From Eledone cirrhosa (Eukaryota), in assembly GCA_964016885.1 (NCBI GenBank), contig OZ024741.1, positions 158,100,001 to 158,164,000 of the forward strand: 64,000 nucleotides of DNA, written 5' to 3'. A program made the position numbers and the translations under genes. Position 1 is the first letter of the stretch, and each line of letters opens with the position of its first letter. Positions 14,192-28,302 of this stretch are shown one piece after another. Below the pieces are notes generated by a model. It was not told the origin of the DNA. It saw only the letters and a program-made list of their open reading frames with translations, and made no database searches.

Positions 14192-15519
14192 CTGTAAACT
14201 GAATTAGGGAAAGTGTAATAATAAAAGAAGGGGAATTGAAAGTTGGATCAATAAATTGTTCTGGAATATTCTAGAAACGGAGGAAGGAACATAAGTGTAG
14301 GAGGAGGAAGAAGTGGGGGGGGGGGGAGAAATTGAGTTATTTTATTGCTTGAGGAGTGGGGTTGGAGTCGGGTTATATAGATTTAAATGAGGAGGTGGGG
14401 ATATTTCTTTTTTTTAAACACATTTCAATCGTTTTCTGGTTGCATTTTCTAATTCCTTTCTTACTTTCTAATTTTTTCATTGATGTTATTGCTGTTATTA
14501 AGATAACTTTGCCTTTCATCTTCCTGGGGGTCGATAAAATAAAGTGCTGTGGTTGTTTTGATTGACTTTGCACTCCCATACAATTGCTGGTCTTGTGCCA
14601 AAATTAAGAACCTTTGATGTGTAAAGCCCCAGGTCAGCTCAAATCTAGCAAATCTACGATCACAAGTGTTTTTCTGTCTTTTTTAAAAATGTTATCCAGG
14701 CACACTGCACTTAGTACACTCTGTAGAGTGTTAGTGCTGGTACTCCAATAAAATACACCAAGTACACCATGTAAAGTGGTAGTCAATAAGGAGGATATCC
14801 TATCAATCGATCCAAAGCTACCCATTTTAAAATGCTTATACTTAATATACCTTCCATTATAATTTTAAGAATTGTTTAAAAGTTACATTCCAAACACCAA
14901 CTTACTAACGAAAAACTTAGTTATTTTATTAAATTCCTCCAAGTTTTTGGTTATTTTCAAAATAAATTAAAACACAAGAAATATGTTAATGAAAGGGTTA
15001 ATGATTCTTTATTTTTCTCAGCTCAGGTTCTTATGCACTTCTATCACTGGACTAAAGTAGCCCAGTTTGCTCTTCAGAGAGCTTGTTAGAGAGAGGGTGT
15101 TTATGTGTATATGTGTATGAGAGAGGGGGGGGGGAGACTATTGTGTATGGGTTCTACACTCGGAAAATATATTTAAAAATATATAAATTATTATTCATAT
15201 TTTGAATCTCAAGAGATGAACTCAGCATACTTTTCTCTTTCTCTTTCTCACACACACACATATAAACTCATATGTACACTCCCACCCCCACCCACACACC
15301 CACGCCCCCACACCCACACCCACACCCACACACCCACACACATCTAAACATTCATTGATTCATAATTAATACAGTCCAACTTCTCCTGTTCCACTTAACT
15401 TGGCAGAACAGAGTTGTTTCTTCGTCCTGCAAGTCTTGGAACTGGTTAGCTCTTCACTTGAAGCCGGAAATTCAAATACATATACATAAGATTATATTTC
15501 TTTCTCTCTCTCCCTCTCT

Positions 15520-15708
<189 letters not shown>

Positions 15709-16339
15709 GGGCTTTTGCACAATTTCTGTCTATCAAATTCCCATTCCAGGGCATTGGTCAACCTGAATCTATTGTAGGTAGTTGCCCAAGGTGCTGGGCA
15801 GTGAGATTATACCAGAACCACATAGTCTTGTACATAACGATTGTATATAACTATTTATAATTGTTGATTTAAACTATTCCTCAAGTGTTCTCGGATCTTT
15901 TACTATATCTATATGATTTTCATTCCAAGAAATCATTACTAACATTATTATCATCAACATCAACACCAATATTGTCCTTTGTTCAATGAAATTTATATAC
16001 CAGAAGGATACAGATTTTTAAATGAAAAAATGTTATTTATAGCTCACATCTATGCAGGTTTAGGTTCCTTCTCTAAGGTTGCATTGTTTTGAAGGTGTCT
16101 TGAGTCTTTTACTGACAGATTCCTCTGTTCTGTCATGAAAATTAATGTGAAATGAAGCATCTTGTTTAAGAACACAACACACTGCCTGGTACTGGAATCA
16201 AACTCACAACTTTATGATTTAGAAGCCCATACTCTAACCACTAGGCCATGTGCCTTCACGAAAAATTTTTAAGTGGAATTAATTATACAATCCTGTCTGT
16301 TTTGACACTTAAGGACTAACAAAGAAATTATTAATGTGT

Positions 16340-16630
16340 CCCCTTTCATATTGAATGCTGGCCACCTTCATTGTTTTGTGATATCAAAGAGTGCACACAC
16401 TTAATGATGACCCCACAAACACAGCAGCTATGCAGCATTCCAGAGGATGTCTTTGAAAGCTGTTTCTGTGTTCCTCAAATTCCTCAAAGGGACTGGCACT
16501 GGTGTGGTGAGGATGGGGAGAGACATTGCTTCGGGGATAACAGGCTTCACTGTTGTGTAAGTTGAAAACCTTTTTTTTTTTTTTTTTAGGAGGAAGGCAC
16601 TTTTGCTGCTGTCTCATTACCTTTCCTCTT
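16340..16630 (+). mobile_element. Possible decayed mariner transposase C-terminus
   Basis: IPEDVFESCF...QRDWHWCGEDGERHCFGDN loosely resembles the mariner end (IP..F..CF..W..RW..C....G.YFEG). No TIR confirmed. Confidence 0.3.
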
Positions 16631-16687
16631 TGTCCATGGTTTCCCATATGTATATCTGAAGGAAAGTATTATGTATATATATATATA

Positions 16688-17075
16688 TCATCATCATCAT
16701 CGTTTAACGTCCATCTTCCACGCTAGCATGGGTTTGGACGGGAATTGTCCCATTTGAGGCAAGATTGGTTGTCTTGCTCATATTATAGGACTGTCTGGCA
16801 GGTTTTCTACGGCTGGATGCCCTTCCTAACACCAACCACGTTTACAATGTGGACTGGGAGGTTTTTACCGTGTTACCTACACGGCCACATTACAGCGTGG
16901 ACTGTGTGTTTTTTTGTTGTGACACCTACACAACCTCATTTATTTAGGACTGGATGTTGTGGTACCAACATAACTTTATATCGAAAGGGGTGGTGTAGAT
17001 GGCGTGGGGGTAGGGGTATTGGGACGGGGATGTATTTTGGTTAAGAGGTGCCTACTGACTGTAGGTTTCGCTTTG
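16688..17075 (-). mobile_element. 3' end copy of the RTE family at 30580-32825
   Basis: Colinear with 30580-30960, including the ORF stop region. Confidence 0.85.
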
Positions 17076-17099
17076 TACTTATATATATATATATATATA

Positions 17100-17428
17100 T
17101 CATCATCATCATTTTACGTCCGCTTTTTCCCTGCTTGCAAAGGTGGGACGGGAACTGATTTTGGCTTGATTTCTACAGTTGGATGCCCTTCCTAACACCA
17201 ACCTCATTTACAGTGAGTGCTGGGTGTTTTTTTGCCGTGGCACCTCCACGACCACTTTGCAGTGGAATGATAGGGACCCCAGTCCTTATCATCTCATTTC
17301 TACAGCTGAGTAAACTGGACCAATGTGAAGTAAAGTGTCTTGCTCAAGGAAACAACACACCACCCGGTCTGAGAATTGAACTCACAATCTTTCGATTGCA
17401 AGGCCAATGCTCTAACCACTAAGCCATG
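17100..17428 (-). mobile_element. SINE family B
   Basis: Reverse complement of 9325-9660. Confidence 0.9.
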
Positions 17429-17430
17429 TG

Positions 17431-17523
<93 letters not shown>

Positions 17524-17529
17524 TGTTTT

Positions 17530-17730
17530 TCCTTTTTGTTTTTTCATTTTTCCCTGTTCCTTCCTTTTCTCACTTTTTATCTTTGTTTTATCTTCTATTT
17601 CTATCTCAATCTGATGAAGGACTAGTGTCTGTAATGTTAAGATTCTTTGCTTCCTATCTAGTGTTAAACTAATATATTTCTTAAATGCACTGTGTTGTTT
17701 GCTTTGTTATTTCTGTTTACATTTTACACA
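17530..17730 (+). mobile_element. PLE pseudo-LTR-like fragment with decayed minimal hammerhead
   Basis: CTGATGAa-ggac tagt gtct-GTAA (GAAA mutated). Flanks match 18540-18730 and 30200-30410. Confidence 0.6.
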
Positions 17731-18222
17731 CACATATATGTGTGTGTGTAAGTGAGTGTTGTGTACAGATGGATGAGATGTTATTAGTTAAGACCAGTAA
17801 AACTTAATACTCTATACTTTAAAAAAATAGAGTGTAGATAGTATATGAATTTTCTGCACATTTCTATAGTAATTTTACCATTTCTCATCTGCTATTGAGA
17901 CAGTAAAAGCTTAACCGTAGGGCAGAAAATCCTTGTAATATATATAACAAGGGTTAAAAGTTCAGATGAACAAAGTTGAGCTTCAAGTTTTTCACAATTT
18001 GTATTTTTTCTTCTCATTCTTGTAGAAGCTCATGTAAGATAAATATAATGTCTTAACTTTTTCATCTTGAATATCCATCCATTATATATATATATATATT
18101 ACTTCAAAATATTAATAAATATAAACATTCATGTGATCAAATATATTTTATTATACATATTCCAGTCTTGCCAAGACTGGAATTGAACCATCAGCACAGT
18201 TGAGGTATGTCAGGCATCAATT

Positions 18223-18286
18223 TATTTTATCTGATGAGGACGTACTGATGAAATAGGTCAGTACCTCTGAAATGTATAATAAAATA
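18223..18286 (+). ncRNA. Type I hammerhead ribozyme, canonical core
   Basis: Stem I tattttat/ataaaata (8 bp); CTGATGA; stem II gga-c-gtactga/tcagtac-c-tct; GAAA; short stem III A-tgta-T; A17. Predicted cut after 18278. Confidence 0.7.
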
Positions 18287-18428
18287 TATTTGATCACATG
18301 AATGTCTATATTTATTAATATTTTGAAGTAATATTAATAACTCCAGAAAACCTCTCTGTCGAGTGCTTCTAATCTATTGTAAAACTTTATTCATTGATTA
18401 ATCAATGAACCTTGTTAAACTTTTGATC

Positions 18429-18476
<48 letters not shown>

Positions 18477-18625
18477 TTTTCTAAAAAAATTATATCATAC
18501 ACAAAACACCAGCATCAATAGTTTTCCAAGAGATGGCAGCATGAATGGACCTGTTATTTTTCTCTAAAAAATTGTTTTCCTATTCCGTCCTGCCAGCCCC
18601 TCAATCTTTTTAATTTCTCATTCTT

Positions 18626-18661
18626 TCTTCTGATGAAGGACTAGCGTCTGAAACGTTAAGA
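18626..18661 (+). ncRNA. Minimal type I hammerhead (PLE type)
   Basis: tctt-CTGATGA-a-ggac tagc gtct-GAAA-cg-TT-aaga, with palindromic ACGT stem III typical of PLE minimal hammerheads. Confidence 0.7.
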
Positions 18662-18725
18662 CCCTCTTCCTACTATTTCAAGCATTAAACTAATATATTC
18701 CTTCTATATACTGTACTGTTTGTTT

Positions 18726-18772
<47 letters not shown>

Positions 18773-19246
18773 CATACCCCTCGCAAGCAGGGAAAAGCGG
18801 ACGTATGATGATGATGATGATACACACACACACACATATATAAATGTATGTGGGAATTACTTATGATATTGATATATATATACATACACTACAGTTTTTA
18901 GACACCAATGTGTGGTTTGGGTGATATTTGGCTGCTATTTTTAGCAGGCTGTGTAATCTCATAATCATGAAGGCCAAGAAAACTTAGCAGGAGTGTCTGG
19001 TTCTTTGTAAGGGGGTTAGAAACTCCTGAGTATGTAGAATATGGGAATGTATATAAGTGAGATGTGGAGCCCTCAGTTTGTCTGAGAGATTAGTAGTTCC
19101 GCTTAAATACTGACTTGGTTTCTGATGACATGTCCAACTCTTGCTGGCAGGAAGAATGGATGTTAAATGACATTGGTTTCTGAATTAGGCACAAGGCCAA
19201 CAATTTTTAGGGAGGGGAAAGTTGATTAAACCACCCCCAATATATA

Positions 19247-19290
<44 letters not shown>

Positions 19291-19447
19291 CATCACCATC
19301 TCTGTTTGGCATGTGAACATTAGTTGAACAGACAAGTCTGTAGTATGGCACAACACCAACAACTTATGTGTATTATATACTTTTTTTGTTATGTGTATTT
19401 ATGTTGTATATATATGTGTGTGTATATACTGTATGTGTGTGTGTATG

Positions 19448-19523
<76 letters not shown>

Positions 19524-19926
19524 TATATACACACACATACACACACAATCTCTTTAATTACTGCTAGGCCACTGCTACCATTATATTATGTTTTACTGTT
19601 AATATAATATTACACTTCTGACATAACTATTATACAGTTCTGCATTTTGGTGCTTTATCTCAGTGACACATTTCACTGCCAGACTATCAGACTCTCCCTC
19701 TGCTCACTCACACATGTGCATGCACACGCACACTTTTTCTTCTTCCTCTATATCAGAACACAACATAACAATGGTTATTACATAGAATTATGATGGAAGG
19801 CAGTTTCAGACAGTTTGATATCAAAATGGTTAAAATAAAGAGAACCATTAGATAATGTAGTCTAAGATACTCTTATATTTGAATAAAAGATGAGCTGGAA
19901 TAGTCAGATATGACAGCTTTGATTAA

Positions 19927-20104
19927 CCTTTTTGATACCAAGCTGCCTGAAACCAGCCTCAATTTATGATACAAAACTGCTCATTTTTAAATGTATTAAA
20001 ACCTTTCATCATAATTTTATTTTAGAAGTGTTTTAAAGTAATGTTCTAAATATCAGCTTACTATCGAAAAACTTAGTTATTACATTAGAAATGTAATGAA
20101 AGGG
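19927..20104. mobile_element. piggyBac-type MITE family 2 (internally deleted)
   Basis: TTAA|cctttttgatacc...aatgaaaGGG|TTAA. Related bodies near 4.3-4.5, 14.8-15.0, 23.75-24.0, 36.0, 45.1-45.5 and 50.5-51.15 kb. Confidence 0.65.
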
Positions 20105-21140
20105 TTAAAGAGATAACCATTGGATAATGTAGTCTTAGATACTATTATGTTTCAATAAAAGATGAGCTGGAATAGTTATAGATGAGACAGCTTTGATTAT
20201 AGATCTGCTGGATCAGGATTAACTTAGGACTAAACAACACCAAGAACAACATAAACAACTATGAAGAGATATGGAGGACAAAAATACTCTAATCAAGTCA
20301 CCTAGGTAACTGACCTTAACTCCCACATTCTAAGAGAATCACTAGAACAGTGCAACATTAGTTGAGAACAATGCAAATGACTTGGCCATTATTCCAACCA
20401 ACATTTAAATTGTATATTTTTATCTGTCTAATTGATATTGTGTGTCACATGACTTGTTGTACTTTCTTCACTTTAATTACTTAATAGAACTGTGTTACTA
20501 AGCTAGGGCCGGAGGAACTATTTACGGGGACTGTTTACTAGGACTATTTTCATAATTGATATCTATCAACTGAAGAAATTAATTTTATTCATTGTTTTTT
20601 TCTTAAGCTTTATGTATTGAGCTCTATTTTTCTCATCTGTAAAACCAAACTTTATTCATCGATATCATCATCATCATTTTAATGTCCACTTTCCCTATTA
20701 GCAAGGGATGGATGGGTCTACATAGACCATGTCAGTACTGAAGTGGGGCTACTGATCTCCCAGACAGGTCAGAGATCTGCATCTCAGTTATGTACAGTCT
20801 CACATTCTATGGAGTGCACAAGGGAAGTTATGTCTTTGACACAACTGAAGGGGCCCCTCAACCCTTTGTTTGGCAAGTTTTCTATGACTGGATGACCTTC
20901 CTATCACCAACCACTTTACAGTGTGTACTGGGTGCATTTATCATGTAGATCACCAACACTAGGGAAGCCATCATGCTCTTAACATAATTGAAAGGTCCTC
21001 CCAATCGTTGTTTGGCAAGCTTTGTATGGCTGGATGCCCTTCCTATCACCAACCACTCTACAGCATGTACTGGGCGCATTTATCATGTAGATCAACACTA
21101 GAGATGTTGCCGTACCATGGCACAACTGAAGAGTCCTCTT

Positions 21141-21197
<57 letters not shown>

Positions 21198-23173
21198 CTT
21201 CCTCTCTCTCTCTCTCTCTCTCTCTTATTTTATCAATATATCTCTGTGTATATGTATATTTTTTTTTTTGTGCCATTTAGTCATAGAGGTATGATTAGCA
21301 GCAATATAATATATATCTTTATATATATATATCTGGTAATATAGTATATGTAATATATATCTTGAAACACGCAGTCAGACACACACACACGTGTGTGTGT
21401 GTCTGAATAAAAAGTGGGTATGTTTCATTTTTTTGTATTCCACAATGTTTCAAGCAAACTACAACACCCTCTTATATATATATATACACACATATAGCTA
21501 TACGGTGGACAGACAAGTATACATATATATTTCTAAACACACACACCTCACATCTCTTCTATTTATCAATCTACAAATCTCATGCTGTTTTTCTCATTAT
21601 GTACATAGTGAGTCCTTTAGTCTTTACAAGCTGGAATGTCAGTTGCTCTTCATTCCCTCTCTATACAAGCATGTAAAATAGTCTCCTCCCCCATCTCTAT
21701 ACAACCAAGTAAAACTGTCTGTCCCTATCTCTCACTTTCTGTCTGTTTCTCTCTATGCAATCAAGTAAAATTCTCTCTCCCTCTCTCTATACAATCAAAT
21801 AAAATAGTCTGACTCTCTCTCCTGTTTTACAAACTCTAATTGAGCCCAGGCACCATCAATCACAACCTACTGTTAGCTCAATTGTCACAGAATTGAACAG
21901 CTAAACATCAGTGTGACCAGGTAATCTAGGTGCTTTATCCAATAGACACCTGTAAGGAAGGTACCAACTGGGTGACTGACTGGCTGGCTGGTTGGTTTGG
22001 CTAGATGTTCAGTTTCTTTTAACAAGACCTAAGAAATGGCTTTTTTTAAGACATTTAGTCTGCTGTACTGGTTAGTTAAACAAGTTAACAACAGCGTCTG
22101 AAGACTGGGAATTATTAGGTCATGCCTTTTGTTTGTTTTTTGTTATCAGTCCATTCATTTACTCTGTAGATGGAAGGTCAGTGTGCCATTACTGCTCTTT
22201 GACTCTCCTACTATTCTACATTCTTCTCTCTCTCTCTCTTTATATATATATATATGGGCACTGCAATTTCATGCATAAGGGTGAAATTGTCTGATATTGA
22301 GCCCAGGCTGCACGATGGTTTGAACAAACCATGAGAAAGATGGTGTTTTAATGAGAGGAGCTATTATCCTGTCATGAAAAGCAATATGAAGTAAAGTGTC
22401 TTGCTCAAGAACATGATGTGATGCCATGTACAGGAATGATACCCACCCTTATATGATCATGAGGCCAACAGCTTATCCACTAGGCTACACTACATGACAT
22501 GTTAAATGCTTAAATTCATTTTTTCACAGTAAAGCCAGTGTGAAATAGTTCTCCATCCTTGACTAGCTGTAATATTCCTCTCTGTGTGAGGATAGGGCTT
22601 CCTCAGTGGTAACTATTACCCTCTCTGTGAGTATGACAGTAAAAGCCTGCTATACACAGGCCTAGCCCTGCAAGTTGGCTGTAGCTCTGCTGTATAAAAT
22701 CATTTCTTACTATCAAAAAGAAGGAAGTCTTATGCTCTCATTTGCTTAAAAACACATGAAACTGGGATAAACTCTGGCCTGATGAACCTCTAGGCTTGAG
22801 AAAAAAAATTATGTTTGAATAGCTAAAGCCATTATCTAATATGGCCCTTTTTTTAAAGACTGTAGGAGGTTATTTGAGAAAGATTTCGTTGCTATTTCTA
22901 GCACGTTGAGCAATCACATAGTGGCTTCAAATGTCAACATGCAGAAATCTCACTGCTGTCTGTAGAGGTTAATTCCCACAGTAGAAATAAATATTTACTT
23001 AGTGCTTCTCATTAAACAAATGTATATTTATTTTCCACATTATAAATGCTATATTTATATCATTTTGTTATTGACCAATACACATTGGTGCTTCTATTGC
23101 TAAAACAAAAATAGTACTAAATGGACAAATACATTAGGCTTAAATTTAAGTTTTAAATTTAAATATGTCTCAC

Positions 23174-23270
23174 AGAAAAGATATTTAGTATTTCTTCTTC
23201 CTTGCTATCCCAGCAATCTTGGCTATTCAGGTCAGTGGAGTTACACACTTTACTGTTGTTATTCCAGTTA
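23174..23270 (-). CDS. Candidate internal coding exon A of the host gene
   Basis: tttatcctttgtaCAG acceptor, TCT|GTGAGA donor, 97 nt, NWNNNSKVCNSTDLNSQDCWDSKEEEILNIFS, phase 2 to 0. Confidence 0.55.
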
Positions 23271-24141
23271 CTGTACAAAGGATAAATTATATGATGCATG
23301 ATGATTTTGCCACTGGCTGATGATGATGTACAAGCACAGTGAGGCAAGGGAATTAAAGTGTTGAGCAAGTATGTAGTGGTAACAGAAGTGGAACTGGGAG
23401 TTCTATATTTATTTATTTATGGTCTGGTGCATTTAGTTAATCATTTCATCACTAATTAAATACATTCTGTTTCAATTAATGAAGAATTTTTATGGAATTA
23501 CTAAAATTATTATTTTGTTACTAATAGAGTAACTTATGGGTCTTACATAAAATTATGTTAGAAAATTAAAAACTCAAATAGAAACCCTTTAGTATGGTTG
23601 GTTTTGTTTCATAGAACCAGAGGCAGTTTTGGGTAGCGTGGTATCAAAAGAGCTAATGTAATACTGTTGACTATAGTTGTATAGCGAAGGAAACAAAATG
23701 CTAAGCAAGTATATAATGGAACCTCTAGTTTCCTATGTGGTGCATTTAGTTTTAACTCTTTTAATACCAAACTGCCTAAAATTGTCCTTGTTTTATGATA
23801 CAAAACTGACCATTTTATAATGTTCATATTTATATTAAAACATTCGACCATAATTGAGTTTAGGAATTTTTTGTTACATAATGTTCCAAATATAAGCTTA
23901 CTAATGAAAAAATTAATTGTTCTATTACATTCTTCCAAATTCTTGATTACTTTCAAAATTAATTGATATACATAAGCAGCGTTTTTCATTAGAAAGACCA
24001 GTGAATTTGCCACTGGCTGATGATGTAGTTTGAGGCATGGGAAATAGTGTTGAGCAAGTATATTTTAATCAGGAGATGATTAATAATCTTTTCTGAAACA
24101 AGTTTTTATTGTATGTATGTGTGTGTATATGTGTGTGTGTG

Positions 24142-24183
<42 letters not shown>

Positions 24184-24187
24184 CTAC

Positions 24188-24410
24188 TCACAGTCCACGC
24201 TGTAATGTGGCCGTGTAGGTAACACGGTAAAAAGTTCCCAGTTCCACACTGTAAATGTGGTTGGTGTTAGGAAGGGCATCCAGCCGTAGAAAGCCTGCCA
24301 GATAGTCCTATACGAGCGAGACACTGTCACCCGACCAGCCTTGCCTCAAGTGGCACAACTCCCGTCTAACCCATTCTAGCGTGGAAGATGGACGTTAAAC
24401 GATGATGATA
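24188..24410 (+). mobile_element. 3' UTR-only copy of the RTE family, followed by a second RTE/SINE-B tail
   Basis: Matches 30580-30800 in reverse. Followed by cccttgcaagcagggaaaagc...(ATG)n. Confidence 0.8.
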
Positions 24411-24491
24411 TCACCCTTGCAAGCAGGGAAAAGCAGACGTAAAATGATGATGATGATATATATAGATATATATATACACACATATATATAT

Positions 24492-24544
<53 letters not shown>

Positions 24545-24995
24545 CACACATATACATACGTATAATATAATTTCTCGAATGAGCTGCAACTATAACATCT
24601 TCCGATGCAGTGCGTAGTAATTTATTGTGTAATCAGCAATTTAGGTGGTCACTGCTACTTACTGTTGCAATGAAATGTGTGTCAGAATTATTAATAAATG
24701 AAATATTGAATATCAACATCTCAGCCTCTGTGATCTTTTCACAACCTCTGATCTATATATATATATATATTTGTACATACATACATATAGTAGTGTTGGA
24801 GTTATGATAAAATGTTCCCAGTCAACGTTATAAAGTGGTTGGTGTTAGGAAGGGCATCCAGCTATAGAAACCGAGCCAAAAATGGAATATTTGAGCAAGA
24901 TATAGTCACCTGACTAGTCTAGCTTTAAAGCATTAAACCCTGTCTTACCCATGTAAGCATGGAAAATAGATGTTAAACAGTAACTATATGATTAA

Positions 24996-25210
24996 CCCTT
25001 TAGCATTTAAACGAGTCAAATCTGGCCAGAATTCTCTTACCTCTTTCTGTGCAAACAGGCCACAACTGGCTGCTCATACTGATAAGGTATTGTTCTCAAA
25101 ATAAATATCAAAATCTTGTAGATTCGATATTATGTGAGATAACTATGTAAGATAAAGTCTTTACCACAAAAATACAATAGTATATATAGAGTAATATGAA
25201 TGCTAAAGGG
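24996..25210 (-). mobile_element. piggyBac-type MITE family 1, complete (215 bp)
   Basis: TTAA at 24992-24995 and 25211-25214. TIR CCCTTTAGCATT / AATGCTAAAGGG. Confidence 0.9.
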
Positions 25211-26477
25211 TTAAGAATGGTTTGCTGAAGAGAAACAGAAAGAGGCACTTAATACATTTGTAGAGAATGCACATAATTTATTCTACATAGAAATGTCTTC
25301 TATAAGATTAGAACTGATGATTTCAAATGAATGAAACACTTCTAATCTTGTAGGAGTCATTTTATCCGAGATAAATCCCATATGTATATATATATATATT
25401 TTTTCTCATATGTATATATATATATTAGCACAAATCAACCAATGAAAGGTGGTCACATTCTTTCATTCGCTTGTTCTGTCTCTTTGAAGTACAAATCCTC
25501 AGGTGGTTGTTGCCTCATGGTCCCAATAGACAGAAGTGTTTGTTACCCTGGAAGATAGCTAGAGAGATGTGTGTTGAAAGAGCCAGTCTGTTTCACTGGG
25601 CTCATTCTTGTTGAGTGAATGATAAACCTATCAGACAGCAGCCAGTTGTTCAACAACTTGTAAATTATGGCAGCTGCAAAGAAACTGGTGGGTCACTATA
25701 CATATATGGTCTGTTGCATTTAATTCATGGAAGACTGGTGTGTTTTCCACTGTCTGATGATGTTCTATAGGTCTACAGCAGTGTAGTGTGCAAAGTGGAT
25801 GGGTGAACAGTAGCTGGCAGAAGCGGGAACTGGCTCACTTTCTGTACGGTCTGTTGCATTTAGTTAATTAATGGAAAATTGGCCTGTAAATGAGTCAACC
25901 ATTATCACTAGATGAAGTAAGTACAGGCAGACAACTTACACTCTCCTCTCTCTTGTCTCTTGTCTTTCTCTTTCGTCCTTCTTTCCCTTTTGCCCTTTTC
26001 TCTTTGCCTTCCATTCTCTCTTTCTCTTCTCTTTCACCCTCCTCACTTCTTGCTTGGCTTTTCTCTCCTCACTCACACTCCTCTGTCTTTTGCCCTCTTC
26101 TCTTTCTTCTTTCTTGCCTTCTTCTCTCTCTCCATCCCCCTTTCTCTCTTATCCCTCTCTCTCTCACTGTGATCAAGCATACATACAGTCAGGACATACC
26201 AGCCATGACAATTCCATCTTTTATTCAAAGATAATGTATGTAGAAGTACTAATACAACTTTTATTTCTAAGATGGCAGGTTTTGATTCATGGGAAATTTG
26301 ACTGCCATTTCTGACAAGCCAAGCAGCTATGTAGAGGTTCCCTTGTCAGTTCTAGTCCACGTAAATTAAATAGGTCAAGTAAATTGTTTCAAACCCCTAA
26401 TATTTTACCAGTATTTATTTTGAACACAGAACTAAGACTATGCATGAAAGTATATTTAGTAAGTGAAATATCTGCAC

Positions 26478-26656
26478 GGTGGATTGGCAGTATTGGTAGA
26501 TGGTCGGACGCCATGCTTTGCAGAAAAGAGTTACGGCCCTTTATGGTCTGAGTTCAAATCCCGTCAAGGTTAACTTTGCCTTTCATCCTTACGGGATCAA
26601 TAAAATAAAGTACTAGTAATACACTGGGATAATTGCTGGCCTTGTTCCCAAAGTAG
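26478..26656 (+). mobile_element. SINE family A, tail interrupted by Merlin element
   Basis: Family A head and body. The remaining tail (aaacaattatt) resumes after 28086. Confidence 0.85.
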
Positions 26657-28078
26657 CGCACTACAACGGAATTGGCTGTCAGAAGTGAAAGTAGAAGAAT
26701 GTGACGTCACGTATTTGCAACTTGAAAAATATGAATTCTACATTATACCCCAGCGTAAATGGAATTAATCATCGCGATATTTCCATCGCTACCGCTAATG
26801 GTGTCGATTAGAAAAGGCACATTTCTAGAAAATAGTGAATTGAAGTGTGAACAAATAATTGACATTGTATTTTGGGGCAAAAGAAGATTTAGCCAAGGGG
26901 ATTTCACAGGAATCTCGTATCGCGAATGTAGCTGTAGGAGATTGGCGAAAGTTTTGCCGTGATATTTAAGTTAACTCCATCGATATGCTTTATTATTTCC
27001 TTGGGTAAGTTAATATCTAAGCTTTTACTTACACGTTAATTACAATTGTAACAGCTAGTGTAGTTTTTAATGCACATGTTAAATAAGATTGTATATTATC
27101 GTTTTGTTTTAATTGTACCATAACTCTGGAAAATTACGTGGTTATTTGGTACTCATTGGACATCAATACGAGAAGCAGTTATAATTATTAAACTACGGAT
27201 GTTGAATTCATTTTCTTAATCCTGTATGTTATTAAAAGGTTCCCGAGTAGTACAGTAAATTAAAGCCTTTACGAACGGAACTATGCAATTTTTAATAAGT
27301 GTGTCTCATCGTAAACGTATCTCTTAGAAATTCATAAATGGCTGTGTAAACCCTTACACTTTAAAACAAAATTACAAACCAATTATGTGGTCATTGAAGT
27401 TGCTAGAAATAGCAGGCAAATCTTATACCCTCTACCACATTAAAAAAAGAAAGAACGAAAACGGGAGTAACTCGTTAATATTTATTGAAATATTCGAAGC
27501 GTTGCTGCTTCGGACGTAATAAAAAGGAAATTATATAGAGAATTTTAAATATTTCGAAAGCACAAGCAATTGTCAAGGACTTTATATACTAATTCCTTTC
27601 TTTCTGTGTTCGTGGCAGCTGAGTATCAACCATCCATAAATAATTTTTACCCGCTAAGAATCTCAATGGGGAAAATTTTCTTCAATTTCTGCCAGTATTA
27701 CAAAACAAGGTTATCTTGTAGTTACCCGCGTTAAATTGTTTTTTTTAAGAAAGTCGGTGGTGTCGGCCCAATGAACTTCATTTGTTTTCTAATTTGATAA
27801 CTATGACTATGAAATAAAACGTGTGGTGATATGGAAACAAATCGAAAACAAATCGATTACGCTAAACGTAAATAAACATAAATAAGTTGCAAATACGTTG
27901 CAAATACGTGTATTATCCCAAAGTGAAAAACCAAGTTTTGCATCAACGTGGTGATTTCAAAGTTTATTTATTTACACATGGTGGCGGTGATACGGAAATA
28001 AAGAGGTTGACGAATGACGTCAGATTGACGTCACATTCTTCTACTTTCACTTCTGACAGCCAATTCCGTTGTAGTGCC
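26657..28078 (+). mobile_element. Non-autonomous Merlin (IS1595-like) DNA transposon
   Basis: 53-bp TIRs (26657-26709 and 28026-28078, one terminal mismatch), 8-bp TSD CAAAGTAG, transposase remnant SIRKGTFLENSELKCEQIIDIVFW...DWRKFCRDI. Confidence 0.85.
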
Positions 28079-28108
28079 CAAAGTAGAAACAATTATTAGT
28101 GCGTCTAA

Positions 28109-28302
28109 GGGCGGTAGATTGGCAGTATCGGTAGAAGGTCGGACGCCATGCTTTGACGCATAGAGTTACGTCCCTTTACGGTATGAGTTCATATCCCGTC
28201 GAGGGTAACTTTGCCTTTCATCCTTACGTGGTTGATAAAATAAAGTATCAGTAATGCACTGGGATAATTGCTGGCCTTGTGCCAAAAGTATAAACAATTA
28301 TT
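28109..28302 (+). mobile_element. SINE family A, full length
   Basis: Complete head-body-tail, immediately behind the previous copy. Confidence 0.85.

Noticed and set aside
26659-26663. CACTA at the element end, suggesting EnSpm/CACTA
   Set aside because: The TIR extends further out, the TSD is 8 bp and the peptide remnant is Merlin-like.
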